IMG/VR virus record: IMGVR_UViG_3300033067_000664
Span: 1-44,298 of that record
DNA length: 44,298 nt
DNA from: a virus
Lineage: Duplodnaviria; Caudoviricetes
Direction: 5' to 3' (one strand)
Shown: positions 26,488 through 35,465 of the stretch, in pieces
How positions within the stretch are numbered: the first letter of the stretch is position 1
Layout of the letters: every line of letters begins with the position of its first letter
Position numbers and translations under genes: made by a program
The notes under the pieces: model-generated
The model's database searches: none
The model's input: the letters and a program-made list of their open reading frames with translations, nothing else
Told to the model about the DNA's origin: nothing

Positions 26488-26787
26488 ATGATCTGGGCGC
26501 CGGGTCCTTTCCGGTTCGTCATCGAAAACGGGATGTGCATCGAGGCATCCCGGGACGGCTTTGCCCTGCCAAATCCCCAGGCGTTCTATGAGGCGGCCCT
26601 GAGAGACAGATACGGCACCTTCGATACGCCGCGCTGCGCCGTGGTCGACGAAAACGGCATTGTTCTGAACGTCATCATGGCCGATCCGGGGCCGGGGCTG
26701 ATCCAGATTTCGCCTATCGACATCGCCGAAATCGGCCAGCCGTTGCAGATCCGTCAACCCGCACCGTGGGAAGACGATGGCGACTAA
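26488..26787 (+). CDS. hypothetical protein (AVVDENGIVLNVIMAD motif)
   Basis: start trimmed to ATG 26488; preceded by a 43-aa ORF at 26357-26488. Confidence 0.55.
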   Translation: MIWAPGPFRFVIENGMCIEASRDGFALPNPQAFYEAALRDRYGTFDTPRCAVVDENGIVLNVIMADPGPGLIQISPIDIAEIGQPLQIRQPAPWEDDGD

Positions 26788-27841
26788 AACCGTCTTCATC
26801 ACCTCCGGCACGACCTGGGTTGTCCCTTCGGACTTCACGGCGAACAACACCATTCACCTGATCGGTGGGGGTGGTGGTGCCCGTAGAAACGCCTCGGGCA
26901 ACAAGGGTGTTGGTGGCGGAGGTGCTGGAGCCTACTCGGCGCTCAACAACTTCGCCATGACGCCGGGAGCGACGGTCAATGTCAACATCGGCGCTGGAGG
27001 TGGAGGCGCTACGGTCAACTCCACCAACGGAACAACGGGCGGGGATACCTGGCTCAACAAGACGACCAACGCGGCGCCGGCTTCTACTGCTGACGGCGGC
27101 CTGGCAAAGGGTGGGACGGGTGGAAATACCACCGCTGCCGGTGGCGGGGCGGCGGCATCAGGTGTCGGCGATGTCAAGAACAGCGGCGGTGCCGGAGGTG
27201 TGGCTGCCTCAAGCGGCACGACGCGCGGCGGCGATGGTGGAGGTGGTGCGGCTGGTCCACGAGGAGATGGTGGAGCGGGGGCATCGACCGTAACCAATAC
27301 GACTGGTGGAACGGGTGGTGGCGGCTCTGGTGGGGGAGCCTCGGGCACGGTAGGTGCAGCGGGCTCGACCACCACGACCACGACCGGCGGTAGTGGCGGC
27401 AATAACGCTGCAGGGGCTGGCTCTGGTGCCGGTTCCGGCTCGGGAGCGGGGTCTGCAGGCACGGTAGGCGGTGGCGGTGGTGGCTCCTTTGGTGGCCAAG
27501 CCTCCGCTGGCGCGGCCGGTGCCGGTGGTCCCGGAACCGATTGGACGCAGACCAGCGACAGCGCCACGGCGGGGCCGGGTGGTGGCGGGGCGGGATCTGG
27601 ATATTCAACCGGCACCACAGCGACCGCAGGGGCCAATGGCGGCCTTTATGGCGGTGGTGGTGGTTCGGCTGGTGGCGCAACCACAACCTCCGGAAACGGG
27701 GGTAACGGCGCCCAAGGCATCATCGTGGTGGTGTACACGCCCAGCGGCAACCAGCTGCAAAGCGCTCCCGGCGTTATCGGGGGGTTCTCCTCTCAGGATT
27801 TCTACAGCGCGCACATTGCGCAGCTTGGATGGGGTATCTAG
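26777..27841 (+). CDS. glycine-rich virion fibre protein
   Basis: FITSGTTWVVP...IGGGGGA...GGNGAQGIIVVVY. Confidence 0.8.
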   Translation: MATKTVFITSGTTWVVPSDFTANNTIHLIGGGGGARRNASGNKGVGGGGAGAYSALNNFAMTPGATVNVNIGAGGGGATVNSTNGTTGGDTWLNKTTNAAPASTADGGLAKGGTGGNTTAAGGGAAASGVGDVKNSGGAGGVAASSGTTRGGDGGGGAAGPRGDGGAGASTVTNTTGGTGGGGSGGGASGTVGAAGSTTTTTTGGSGGNNAAGAGSGAGSGSGAGSAGTVGGGGGGSFGGQASAGAAGAGGPGTDWTQTSDSATAGPGGGGAGSGYSTGTTATAGANGGLYGGGGGSAGGATTTSGNGGNGAQGIIVVVYTPSGNQLQSAPGVIGGFSSQDFYSAHIAQLGWGI

Positions 27842-28975
27842 ATGGCCTCCACAGACGCACGCCCCGTACCCCTCAAAAACACCGCGATGCGGATCACGTT
27901 TCCCTTGCGGGATTCTAGCGGCAACCTCGTCACCGGCGCCGCGGCCCTCGACAGCGAGGTTTCCAAGGACGGCGGCACCTTTACGGACTGCACCAACGAG
28001 GCGACAGAAATCGCCACGGCCTCGGGCATTTATTACCTCGATATCACCGCGACGGAGATGAACGCAGACACGGTTGCCATCATCGTCAAGGCGACCAGTG
28101 TTATCACCTTCTCCATCGTGATGTACCCAGACTCCGGTGGAGATATCACCGTCAATGTCGGCTACTGGAACGGTACCGCGGTTGCCACTCCCGCGACGGC
28201 AGGCATTCCCGATGTCAACGTCAAGAACATCGACAACGACGCGGCCTCTGCCTCCGGAACTGTCACCTTCCCCAATGCGACGCTCGCCAGCACGACCAAC
28301 ATCACGGCCGGCACGATCACCACCGTCTCGGGGAACGTGACGGGCAATGTCGGCGGCAACGTCACTGGCTCTGTCGGCTCGGTGACGGGCAATGTCGGCG
28401 GTAACGTCGTCGGGTCTGTCGCTTCTGTTTCCGGCAACGTCGGTGGCAATGTGGTCGGGTCGGTCGCCTCCGTCTCCGGGAATGTTGGAGGTAACGTCAC
28501 CGGCTCGGTTGGTTCTGTTGCGACAGGGGGCATTACGGCCTCCAGCTTCGCCGCCAATGCCATTGATGCCTCGGCCGTCGCGGCTTCTGCCGTAGCGGAG
28601 ATCCAGTCTGGTCTGGCGACTTCCACGGCCACGACCGACATTCAGTCTCGCCTACCTGCTGCTCTGGTCAGTGGGCGCATGGACGCCAGTGTTGGAGCGA
28701 TGGCTGACGATGTCATCACGTCCTCGGCCCTCGCTGCGTCGGCGGTTACCGAGATCGTGACGGGCGTGACCACGACCACCCTGACCGAAAGCTATTCGAC
28801 GGTCGGAAGTTCGGTGACCTTGGCGCAGGGCGTCTACCTGATGATGCAGCGGCTCTACAACTTCCAGATTTCGGGCACCACGATCAACATCACCAAGCTT
28901 GATGGCTCGACCAGTGCCGCGCAGATCACGATCGACAGCTCTACCGCCCCGACAACCAGCGAGCGGACTTCATGA
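27842..28975 (+). CDS. virion fibre/structural protein with GNVGGNVxGSVxSV repeats
   Basis: four 15-aa repeats at about 28340-28520. Confidence 0.75.
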   Translation: MASTDARPVPLKNTAMRITFPLRDSSGNLVTGAAALDSEVSKDGGTFTDCTNEATEIATASGIYYLDITATEMNADTVAIIVKATSVITFSIVMYPDSGGDITVNVGYWNGTAVATPATAGIPDVNVKNIDNDAASASGTVTFPNATLASTTNITAGTITTVSGNVTGNVGGNVTGSVGSVTGNVGGNVVGSVASVSGNVGGNVVGSVASVSGNVGGNVTGSVGSVATGGITASSFAANAIDASAVAASAVAEIQSGLATSTATTDIQSRLPAALVSGRMDASVGAMADDVITSSALAASAVTEIVTGVTTTTLTESYSTVGSSVTLAQGVYLMMQRLYNFQISGTTINITKLDGSTSAAQITIDSSTAPTTSERTS

Positions 28976-29745
28976 GCCAGGCGCAGGACATCATCCAGTC
29001 GGCCTACCGCGAACTGAACCTGATCGCGATCGGAAAAACTCTGTCTACGGCGCAGATCACCGAGGGGCTTCAGCTTCTCAATCAGGCATACACCTATGCC
29101 ATCGGGACTGTAGCGGGGGAATTCTACCAGAACTGGCTGCTGGGCAATTACGGGCTGGAAGACATCTACATCGTCGATTGGAACCAACTCCAGCTGCAGA
29201 ACCCGCCGGCCAATGTGCGGCTGGTGATGACGGCCGAGAGTTCGATGACGGTCTGGTTCCCGCCCTATCCCTCGGACGGGGCGAGGATGGCATTTATCGA
29301 CCCGCACTCCCTGCTGTCGACCTATCCAATCCTGTTGGACGGCAACAGCAACCTGATCGAGGGCAGCAATACCAAGCTGCTCGACACGAACGCCATCAGC
29401 AAGGAATGGCTCTATCGCGCCGACCTTGGCAACTGGCTTGCCCTGGAGGTGCTGGAGGCGACGGACACTTCTCCATTCCCGGATATCTACGACCAGTTCT
29501 TCTCTCTACTGGTTTCGCTCCGGTTGTCTCCCCGGTCAGGCGTGGGCTGGTCCGCAGAGACGACAGCCTTCTTCAAGGCGATAAAGATGAAGTTTCAGGC
29601 GCAATACATCCAGCGTGCGCCGCTGAAGCGCGATCCGTCCCTCGACTGGATGTCGCGCCAGTCCTACACCCAGTTCTATCCCTATCCCTATGGCTCGCAG
29701 AGCGCCTTCAACACTGGCTGGGCGTGGTGGGGGCCGGGATGGTAG
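28972..29745 (+). CDS. head-tail adaptor (P22 gp4-like)
   Basis: AQDIIQSAYRELNLIA.G...EGLQLLN; located before the gp10-like gene. Confidence 0.7.
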   Translation: MSQAQDIIQSAYRELNLIAIGKTLSTAQITEGLQLLNQAYTYAIGTVAGEFYQNWLLGNYGLEDIYIVDWNQLQLQNPPANVRLVMTAESSMTVWFPPYPSDGARMAFIDPHSLLSTYPILLDGNSNLIEGSNTKLLDTNAISKEWLYRADLGNWLALEVLEATDTSPFPDIYDQFFSLLVSLRLSPRSGVGWSAETTAFFKAIKMKFQAQYIQRAPLKRDPSLDWMSRQSYTQFYPYPYGSQSAFNTGWAWWGPGW

Positions 29746-31010
29746 ACATTCAGGTCGGTCACAGCACATGGCGGCGTAATGTCGCCAAGGAGCCCAACGC
29801 TCCTCTCAGGAACAGGTTCTTCGAGCAAAACCCTGTCCTCAATCAGAGCCAGGATTTTCCGGCACTTATCGCCCGCCCAGGCCTGAAGAAATTCGCCCAA
29901 ATTGGTGAAGGCCCCGTCAGGTTCTGCTTCAGCGAAGCGGGAGTATTCGACGACAATGCATTCATCGTTTCGGGACTGGACCTGTATCGCCTGGACAGCG
30001 CCGGGACTGACACCTTCATCGGCACGATCTCCAATGACACCATCGGTGCTGTCTCGATGGCCGCCACGGGAAACATCGGAGAAACCCCGGCTTACCTGTT
30101 TATCGCAGATGGGGGCGTCTTGTGGGTTTATACCGAGAACGGAAGCGCCACCGGACATCTACAGGCCTCGGGGACGATCGCTAACAACGACACGGTGACC
30201 ATTGCCGGCATCTATTACAAATGGACCAATGGCAGTGTCGATGCAGGAACGCCCGATGGTTCGTCAGGCAATCCATGGTTGGTAAAACTTGGAGGCGCCA
30301 GCTCTGCGTCTCTCGGCTCTCTCTATCTCGCGATCAACGCCGGGGGTGGTGCTGGCGACGACTATTCTACCAATCTGGAGGCAAATCCGGATGTCGCCTC
30401 CAACGTCCAGACGGGGAACGATCTCTATGTGGTCGCGCGTCTTGCCGGCCTGGACGGAAACGCCATAGCGGTCGCGGAGTCAAGCGCCGCGCTTTCCTGG
30501 GTTACAGGATCAACCCTTACCGGAGGGGGCACAAACCAACTTCGTCAAGTCGGGATGCCTGACGATGTGGGGGCAATCTCGGTTGCTTCGTTCAACTCCT
30601 ATGTGATTGTGGTTCCCGTCCAGGGCAGGGACGTGAACGGGCGGTTCTACTGGATCAATCCGGGGGAAACCTTCATCGACCCGCTGGATTTCGCAACGGC
30701 CGAAAGAAGCCCGGACGCCATCAACCAGGTTCTTGCCCTGTCTGACAGATTCTGGCTTTTCGGCCAGTCCTCCAGCGAGACATGGGTGACCTCGGGGAAC
30801 CTCGACGCCCCCATGGTGCGGATGCAGGGCATTCTCTACGAGCAGGGAACGTGGCCCGGCACCGCTGTCAAGGTCAACAACAGCGTCATCCTCGTGGACC
30901 AAAACGGCGATGTCTACGAAGTCGCCGGAGGGCTGAAGATCCTTTCGCGGCCGGACATCTCCGAATTGATCCGAGAGGCCATCGCATACCAACAGACGTT
31001 CGGAGGCTGA
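29739..31010 (+). CDS. tail hub (P22 gp10-like), N-terminal part with an inserted domain
   Basis: LIARPGLKKF...FIVSGLDLYRL...VSMA...DPLDFATAERSPD...WLFGQSSSETW. Confidence 0.75.
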   Translation: MVDIQVGHSTWRRNVAKEPNAPLRNRFFEQNPVLNQSQDFPALIARPGLKKFAQIGEGPVRFCFSEAGVFDDNAFIVSGLDLYRLDSAGTDTFIGTISNDTIGAVSMAATGNIGETPAYLFIADGGVLWVYTENGSATGHLQASGTIANNDTVTIAGIYYKWTNGSVDAGTPDGSSGNPWLVKLGGASSASLGSLYLAINAGGGAGDDYSTNLEANPDVASNVQTGNDLYVVARLAGLDGNAIAVAESSAALSWVTGSTLTGGGTNQLRQVGMPDDVGAISVASFNSYVIVVPVQGRDVNGRFYWINPGETFIDPLDFATAERSPDAINQVLALSDRFWLFGQSSSETWVTSGNLDAPMVRMQGILYEQGTWPGTAVKVNNSVILVDQNGDVYEVAGGLKILSRPDISELIREAIAYQQTFGG

Positions 31011-31011
31011 T

Positions 31012-32076
31012 ATGCTTATTTGGGCTGATCTTCCCAGTGGGTCCCAGGGAATCTATGGTGGGCAGAAGGCGAGGATGCTGGATGGCATCTGGGCTGAGGT
31101 CACCGACAACGCCTCCTTGGGCGAAGACCCGGACCCCAACATAACTGGATCGGTGCTTCATTTCGGCGCTGCCCATGCCCGGTTCGTGCTTCCTGCCACG
31201 ACAACAACTGTCGGAATTGCAACGAGGATATGGCTCGACAACATTCCCAATTCGAACGGGGCGAGACCGGCGTTTCATCAGTTCCGCGACGTAAGCAACA
31301 ACGTGGTTCTACTGGTGTTTGTTTCTCCCACCGGATCGATCCAGGTGTATCGGGATGCAGATGGGGTCACCGGGGCTGCTACCCTTATCGGTCAGACCGC
31401 TGGCCCGGTTATGGTGGCGCAGTCATGGCGGCATGTAGAGACCAAGGCGTTCCGCAGCACGACCGTGGGGACAGTGGAAGTACGCGTGGAGGGGGTTACC
31501 GTCCTCAGCCTGACCAATGTCAACACTGGCGCTGCTGATTATGCCCAGGTCGCCATCGGGAATACCTACAGCCTGGTCTCGACGGGAACCATCCACGACC
31601 AGAAGGACGTAATTTTCTGGAACGGCTCCGGCTCTGAAAACAACACCTTTATCGGGCCGTGTGGCGTGTACTGGTGTCCTCCCGATGCGGATGTCTCTTC
31701 TGGATGGTCTCGCACCAGCGGATCAACCGACTGGCAACTGGTGAACGAAAGCCCACCCAACGATAGTGGTTACATCTACGCGGGAAATCCGCCCCCATCG
31801 CCATCAATCATGAACGTGGTTGACCTCCCTCCCGAAATCGTCGCGATCCGGGGAATCATCTCGGTTGTGCGGTCGGAAAAATCCGATGGTGGAGACGGCA
31901 ACGAGCAGAACAGCCTTTCTCCTAACGGAACAGATTGGGATGATGGCGCCGACAACCCAATTTCGACGGCGTTCAGCTATTATTTCGATGTGTCCGAAGT
32001 GTCACCAGATACTACGGCTCCATGGACGCCAGTTGAATTCTCGACGCTTCAACTAAAGCTCAACCGGACGGTCTGA
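31012..32076 (+). CDS. beta-sandwich/lectin-like virion protein
   Basis: WRHVETK...GTVEVRVEGVTVLS; lies between the two gp10-like parts. Confidence 0.65.
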   Translation: MLIWADLPSGSQGIYGGQKARMLDGIWAEVTDNASLGEDPDPNITGSVLHFGAAHARFVLPATTTTVGIATRIWLDNIPNSNGARPAFHQFRDVSNNVVLLVFVSPTGSIQVYRDADGVTGAATLIGQTAGPVMVAQSWRHVETKAFRSTTVGTVEVRVEGVTVLSLTNVNTGAADYAQVAIGNTYSLVSTGTIHDQKDVIFWNGSGSENNTFIGPCGVYWCPPDADVSSGWSRTSGSTDWQLVNESPPNDSGYIYAGNPPPSPSIMNVVDLPPEIVAIRGIISVVRSEKSDGGDGNEQNSLSPNGTDWDDGADNPISTAFSYYFDVSEVSPDTTAPWTPVEFSTLQLKLNRTV

Positions 32077-32924
32077 TGGCCGTTACCCCGCAGGTCCGGG
32101 CCTCTCAAGCCGGCGTTGTCAGTGTCGCCGAGGGCGATTTCGACTTGCGTGTTTCGCAGGCAGGCGTTATCGCGGTCGCCATCATCCCCACAGAGTTCGT
32201 TCAGGTATCCCAGGCGGGCGTCATGGTGCCCACTGATGCGAATCTTGATGTCCGGGTATCCCAGGCGGGCGTCATGGTGGTCGGCCGTGGCCGGGTGCAG
32301 GACCCAGTCATGCGGGCATTCACGTTCTGGCAGGACAATCATTGGTACTATGTGCTGCGCCTCCCGACCGGCTATACCCTGGTTTGGGATGACACGGCTC
32401 AGCAGTGGTATATCTGGGGCTCTGGATCATCTACGTCGTGGCGCCCATACCATGGAATCAATTGGCTCGGGTCTGGTCCGCTAATGCAGGCCTATGGATC
32501 GAATGTCCTTGTCGGAGACGACGGGAACGGCTCTGTTTACATGCTCAATCCGGATTCCCCAACGGACGATAGCGCCATCGTCGGCGCCGCTGATCCGCAG
32601 CCATTCCTGCGTCAGATCACCGGACAGGTGGCAACGAGAGACCGGGGGTATGTCCAGTGCTACGGCGTGCGCCTCATGGGATCGATCGGGGAGAATTCTC
32701 CGGACCTGACGGAAGTGACACTGTACGTCTCCGATGACGAAGGCCACACCTATGATGACATGGGGGCGGTCACCGTCGATGAAGGCGATGTCAGCGCCCG
32801 GGTGGACTGGGTCGGGGGTCTGGGAGCCTTTACCGCTCCCGGAAGGTTGTTCCGTATCGAGGATGACGGCGCGCTGCAGCGGATAGACTGGCTGGAGTTC
32901 ATGGACGGGAAGGCTGATGGCTGA
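32076..32924 (+). CDS. tail hub (gp10-like) C-terminal part with N-terminal VSQAGV repeats
   Basis: AFTFWQDNHWYYVLRLP...LVWD....QW...VGDDGNGSVYML...SDDEGHTY...W..LG....RLFRI. Confidence 0.7.
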   Translation: MAVTPQVRASQAGVVSVAEGDFDLRVSQAGVIAVAIIPTEFVQVSQAGVMVPTDANLDVRVSQAGVMVVGRGRVQDPVMRAFTFWQDNHWYYVLRLPTGYTLVWDDTAQQWYIWGSGSSTSWRPYHGINWLGSGPLMQAYGSNVLVGDDGNGSVYMLNPDSPTDDSAIVGAADPQPFLRQITGQVATRDRGYVQCYGVRLMGSIGENSPDLTEVTLYVSDDEGHTYDDMGAVTVDEGDVSARVDWVGGLGAFTAPGRLFRIEDDGALQRIDWLEFMDGKADG

Positions 32925-33657
32925 ACTTGTCGTCCCGAAACTTCCGCCTCTCGTCGACCTGAACGGCGCCCAGCCGATCGTCAACAAGGACGGCTCGGCC
33001 TCGCAATACTTCCTGCGCTACCTGTTCGACCGCGGCGGATTTCTGACGCAGTTCGACGAGTTCGTTGCCCAGCTGATCGCGGAATTGAACGACCTTCAGG
33101 TCAAGGCTGGCGGTGCGTTGACAGTCACGCCCGACCCTGGGCTTATTATCAGCAGCCCGACCATCTCTCTTGATGCGCTAGCCCCCGATCCGTCGGGAAG
33201 TTTTACCAACGCCAATATCACCGTTGATGAATACGGACGTGTGACCACTGCGACGAACGGCGGAAGCATCGGCACGGTCTACACCAGTGTAGTGACATCA
33301 GGGACACTCAATGTTCCGTTGAATGGACCTGTCTCGGGGTTTGCAGTTTCCAACACGATAGCCGTCCCCGCTGGAGCCTCGACACGGCGATTCCTCGCGC
33401 ATGGGCACTTTCAGACCAACAGCGCCTATAACGGGGTGTGCCAGATCGTCATTCAGTACGATAGTTCCGTGTATGTCGCGGATAGCATGGTTATCCCGCT
33501 GAATAACAATGCCGCTCTCGGTTTTCGCGGGGATATCTTCACGATTGTCGATCTGGACGGGTCGGCCCACAACGTTCAAATGTCTTTCATCAGCAACTTT
33601 GGCGCCTTTACCTGCACCATTGGGCTTGCGGATCTTGCCCTGATCCAGGTCAGTTAA
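32917..33657 (+). CDS. tail needle/fibre-like protein
   Basis: PIVNKDG.AS.YF N-terminus; GSFTNANITVDEYGRVT fibre motif. Confidence 0.6.
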   Translation: MAELVVPKLPPLVDLNGAQPIVNKDGSASQYFLRYLFDRGGFLTQFDEFVAQLIAELNDLQVKAGGALTVTPDPGLIISSPTISLDALAPDPSGSFTNANITVDEYGRVTTATNGGSIGTVYTSVVTSGTLNVPLNGPVSGFAVSNTIAVPAGASTRRFLAHGHFQTNSAYNGVCQIVIQYDSSVYVADSMVIPLNNNAALGFRGDIFTIVDLDGSAHNVQMSFISNFGAFTCTIGLADLALIQVS

Positions 33658-33739
33658 AGACAATCCATAGCACCGTCGCCAAGAAGCCGATGGCGTTAAG
33701 AGCGCAAATACACAGACCTAATACAACGAGTTTCCCCAT
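33650..33739 (-). CDS. 29-aa hydrophobic antisense micro-protein (moron-like)
   Basis: MGKLVVLGLCICALNAIGFLATVLWIVFN; TTGCCC-N16-TATAAT 6 nt before the ATG. Confidence 0.5.
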   Translation of the reverse strand: MGKLVVLGLCICALNAIGFLATVLWIVFN

Positions 33740-33776
33740 TCGGTTATTATAACCGACTGCCTTTGGTGGGCAAGTG

Positions 33777-33805
33777 TTGACGGTCACGCCCAACAAGGGT
33801 AATAT
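33777..33805 (+). promoter_or_regulatory. sigma70-like promoter for the ejection-protein genes
   Basis: TTGACG-N17-TAATAT in an AT-rich gap. Confidence 0.5.
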
Positions 33806-33883
33806 TATTACGCCTCCCCGCCTTTGCGCGCATTGCTAAACAGGACCACCGGGGGTCTACGGGTCCAACCTAGCAGGGTTCCG

Positions 33884-34306
33884 ATGGACCTTTCCGCGCG
33901 CATAATCCATGAAATTCAAGAGTCCTCCCTTTACGAGGGGTTGGGCGTCGCCGACTTCATTTCAGATCGCGAGAACGTCGCGATGTGCGTCGGCGCGTGG
34001 CTTTCGGATATCCGAAATGTCGCCATGCTCGAGGGCGACGACCTGGCGCTGTTCGATTACGTCGCCCCCGGTATCTACAGCATTCACCTGTTCTTTCGCT
34101 CGCGCGGCAAGGAAGCCGTGGAGGCCGGGAAGGCGATCACACGGCGCATGTTCGACCACGGCGCAAAGATGATTGTGGGCCACGTTCCCGCGATTAACCG
34201 CAAGGCTGGCGTCATTGCCAGAATGGCGGGCTACCACTTCGCCGGCACCCGCGAAACACCCTACGGCAAGGTTCTCGTCTACCTTATTGCCCCGGAGACG
34301 CACTGA
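33884..34306 (+). CDS. GNAT-fold protein (P22 gp14/DUF2824-like position)
   Basis: YSIHLFFRSRGKEA...IVGHVPAINRKA....RMAGYHFAG. Confidence 0.65.
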   Translation: MDLSARIIHEIQESSLYEGLGVADFISDRENVAMCVGAWLSDIRNVAMLEGDDLALFDYVAPGIYSIHLFFRSRGKEAVEAGKAITRRMFDHGAKMIVGHVPAINRKAGVIARMAGYHFAGTRETPYGKVLVYLIAPETH

Positions 34307-35019
34307 TGGGCTTCCTCGACAAACTGTTCATGCCGCAGTCCAAGGCGGTGGCGTCCAACGTCAACCAGAAGCTGCTGACCAACACCTACTCGCCGGTCAT
34401 GCAGCAGGGCATCACCGGAGGCAACTACCTCTATTCCCTCCTGACGGGCCAGGGACCAGACGTAGGCGCGGCTAATGCGGGATATCAGGACTATCTGGAC
34501 AATGCGGGCTATGACGCGGCGCTCCGAAGGATGTCGCAGAGTGTCGTGGGGGGTGGGGCCGCTTCCGGGCTTCTGCGCTCTGGCGCCACGTCCGAGGCCC
34601 TTTTGAACCAAGGCGCTGAAATCAACCAGAGCTACTACAACAACTACCTGCAGGCTCTTGGGGGTCTGTCGGATATGGGCCAGCAGGCCGGTCAGCTGGT
34701 GGGCAACGCGGGTGCTGGTCAGGTGGTCAAGAAGCCGAGCATCCTCAGCACGATTGCGTCTCCGCTCGGTGGTGTTGCGGCTCAGTTGAAGGGGTCCGAC
34801 CGCCGCATGAAGCGCGACGTGGATCTGATCGAGACGCTTCCGGATGGACTGAACATCTACACGTTCCGCTATCGGGATGACCTTCCCGACGAATTGGCGG
34901 CTTACGTCTGCCCGGGCCAGCATGTCGGCGTGATGGCGGATGAGGTCGAGCGGCTGAGGCCGTGGGCTCTTGGTCCGACCATAGCGGGCTATCAGACCGT
35001 CAACTACGGAGCGTTGTGA
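34306..35019 (+). CDS. ejection protein (gp7-like) with C-terminal S74-type intramolecular chaperone domain
   Basis: AASGLLRSGATSEAL...YLQALGGLSDMGQQA; SDRRMKRDV...IYTFRY...GVMADEVE...VNYGAL. Confidence 0.8.
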   Translation: MGFLDKLFMPQSKAVASNVNQKLLTNTYSPVMQQGITGGNYLYSLLTGQGPDVGAANAGYQDYLDNAGYDAALRRMSQSVVGGGAASGLLRSGATSEALLNQGAEINQSYYNNYLQALGGLSDMGQQAGQLVGNAGAGQVVKKPSILSTIASPLGGVAAQLKGSDRRMKRDVDLIETLPDGLNIYTFRYRDDLPDELAAYVCPGQHVGVMADEVERLRPWALGPTIAGYQTVNYGAL

Positions 35020-35465
35020 TGCCCTTCCTCGCTCCTCTTTTTGCGGCTCTTGGTGCAGGTGGTGCTGCGGCGGCCGGTGGCGCGGCTGCTGGCGCGACGG
35101 GTCTTAGTGCGCTGGGGACCGCTGCTGCCGGCACTGCTGCCGCGGCTCCGGCTATCGCTGCCGGTACGGGCGCCGTAGCTCCTGCGGTTGCCTCGGGGCT
35201 TGGTGCGCTGGGCACTGCGGCAAGCACGGCAGGCTCCACATTGGCGAGCGCTCCGGCTGCGGCTGGTGCCGGGAACTTCCTTGAGAAGCTCTCCAACATG
35301 GCGCCGAAGGACGACAGCAACGATTCCCAGATATTGAACGGCGCTCCCGGCTTTGGGCCGATCGCGTTCCGTGGCAACCGCCAGTTCACTCCCGTAGGGC
35401 GGTATGCCCATCCTGCCGAGATGTACCAGGACAACTACCTTCAGTCGCTGATGGCGAGGCGATAA
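35019..35465 (+). CDS. Ala/Gly-rich ejection-module protein
   Basis: TGATG coupling; low-complexity hydrophobic N-terminus. Confidence 0.65.
   Translation: MPFLAPLFAALGAGGAAAAGGAAAGATGLSALGTAAAGTAAAAPAIAAGTGAVAPAVASGLGALGTAASTAGSTLASAPAAAGAGNFLEKLSNMAPKDDSNDSQILNGAPGFGPIAFRGNRQFTPVGRYAHPAEMYQDNYLQSLMARR

Noticed and set aside
28899-29738. 703-aa version of the gp10-like ORF
   Set aside because: The first 280 codons overlap the gp4-like gene in another frame; the real start is ATG 29739
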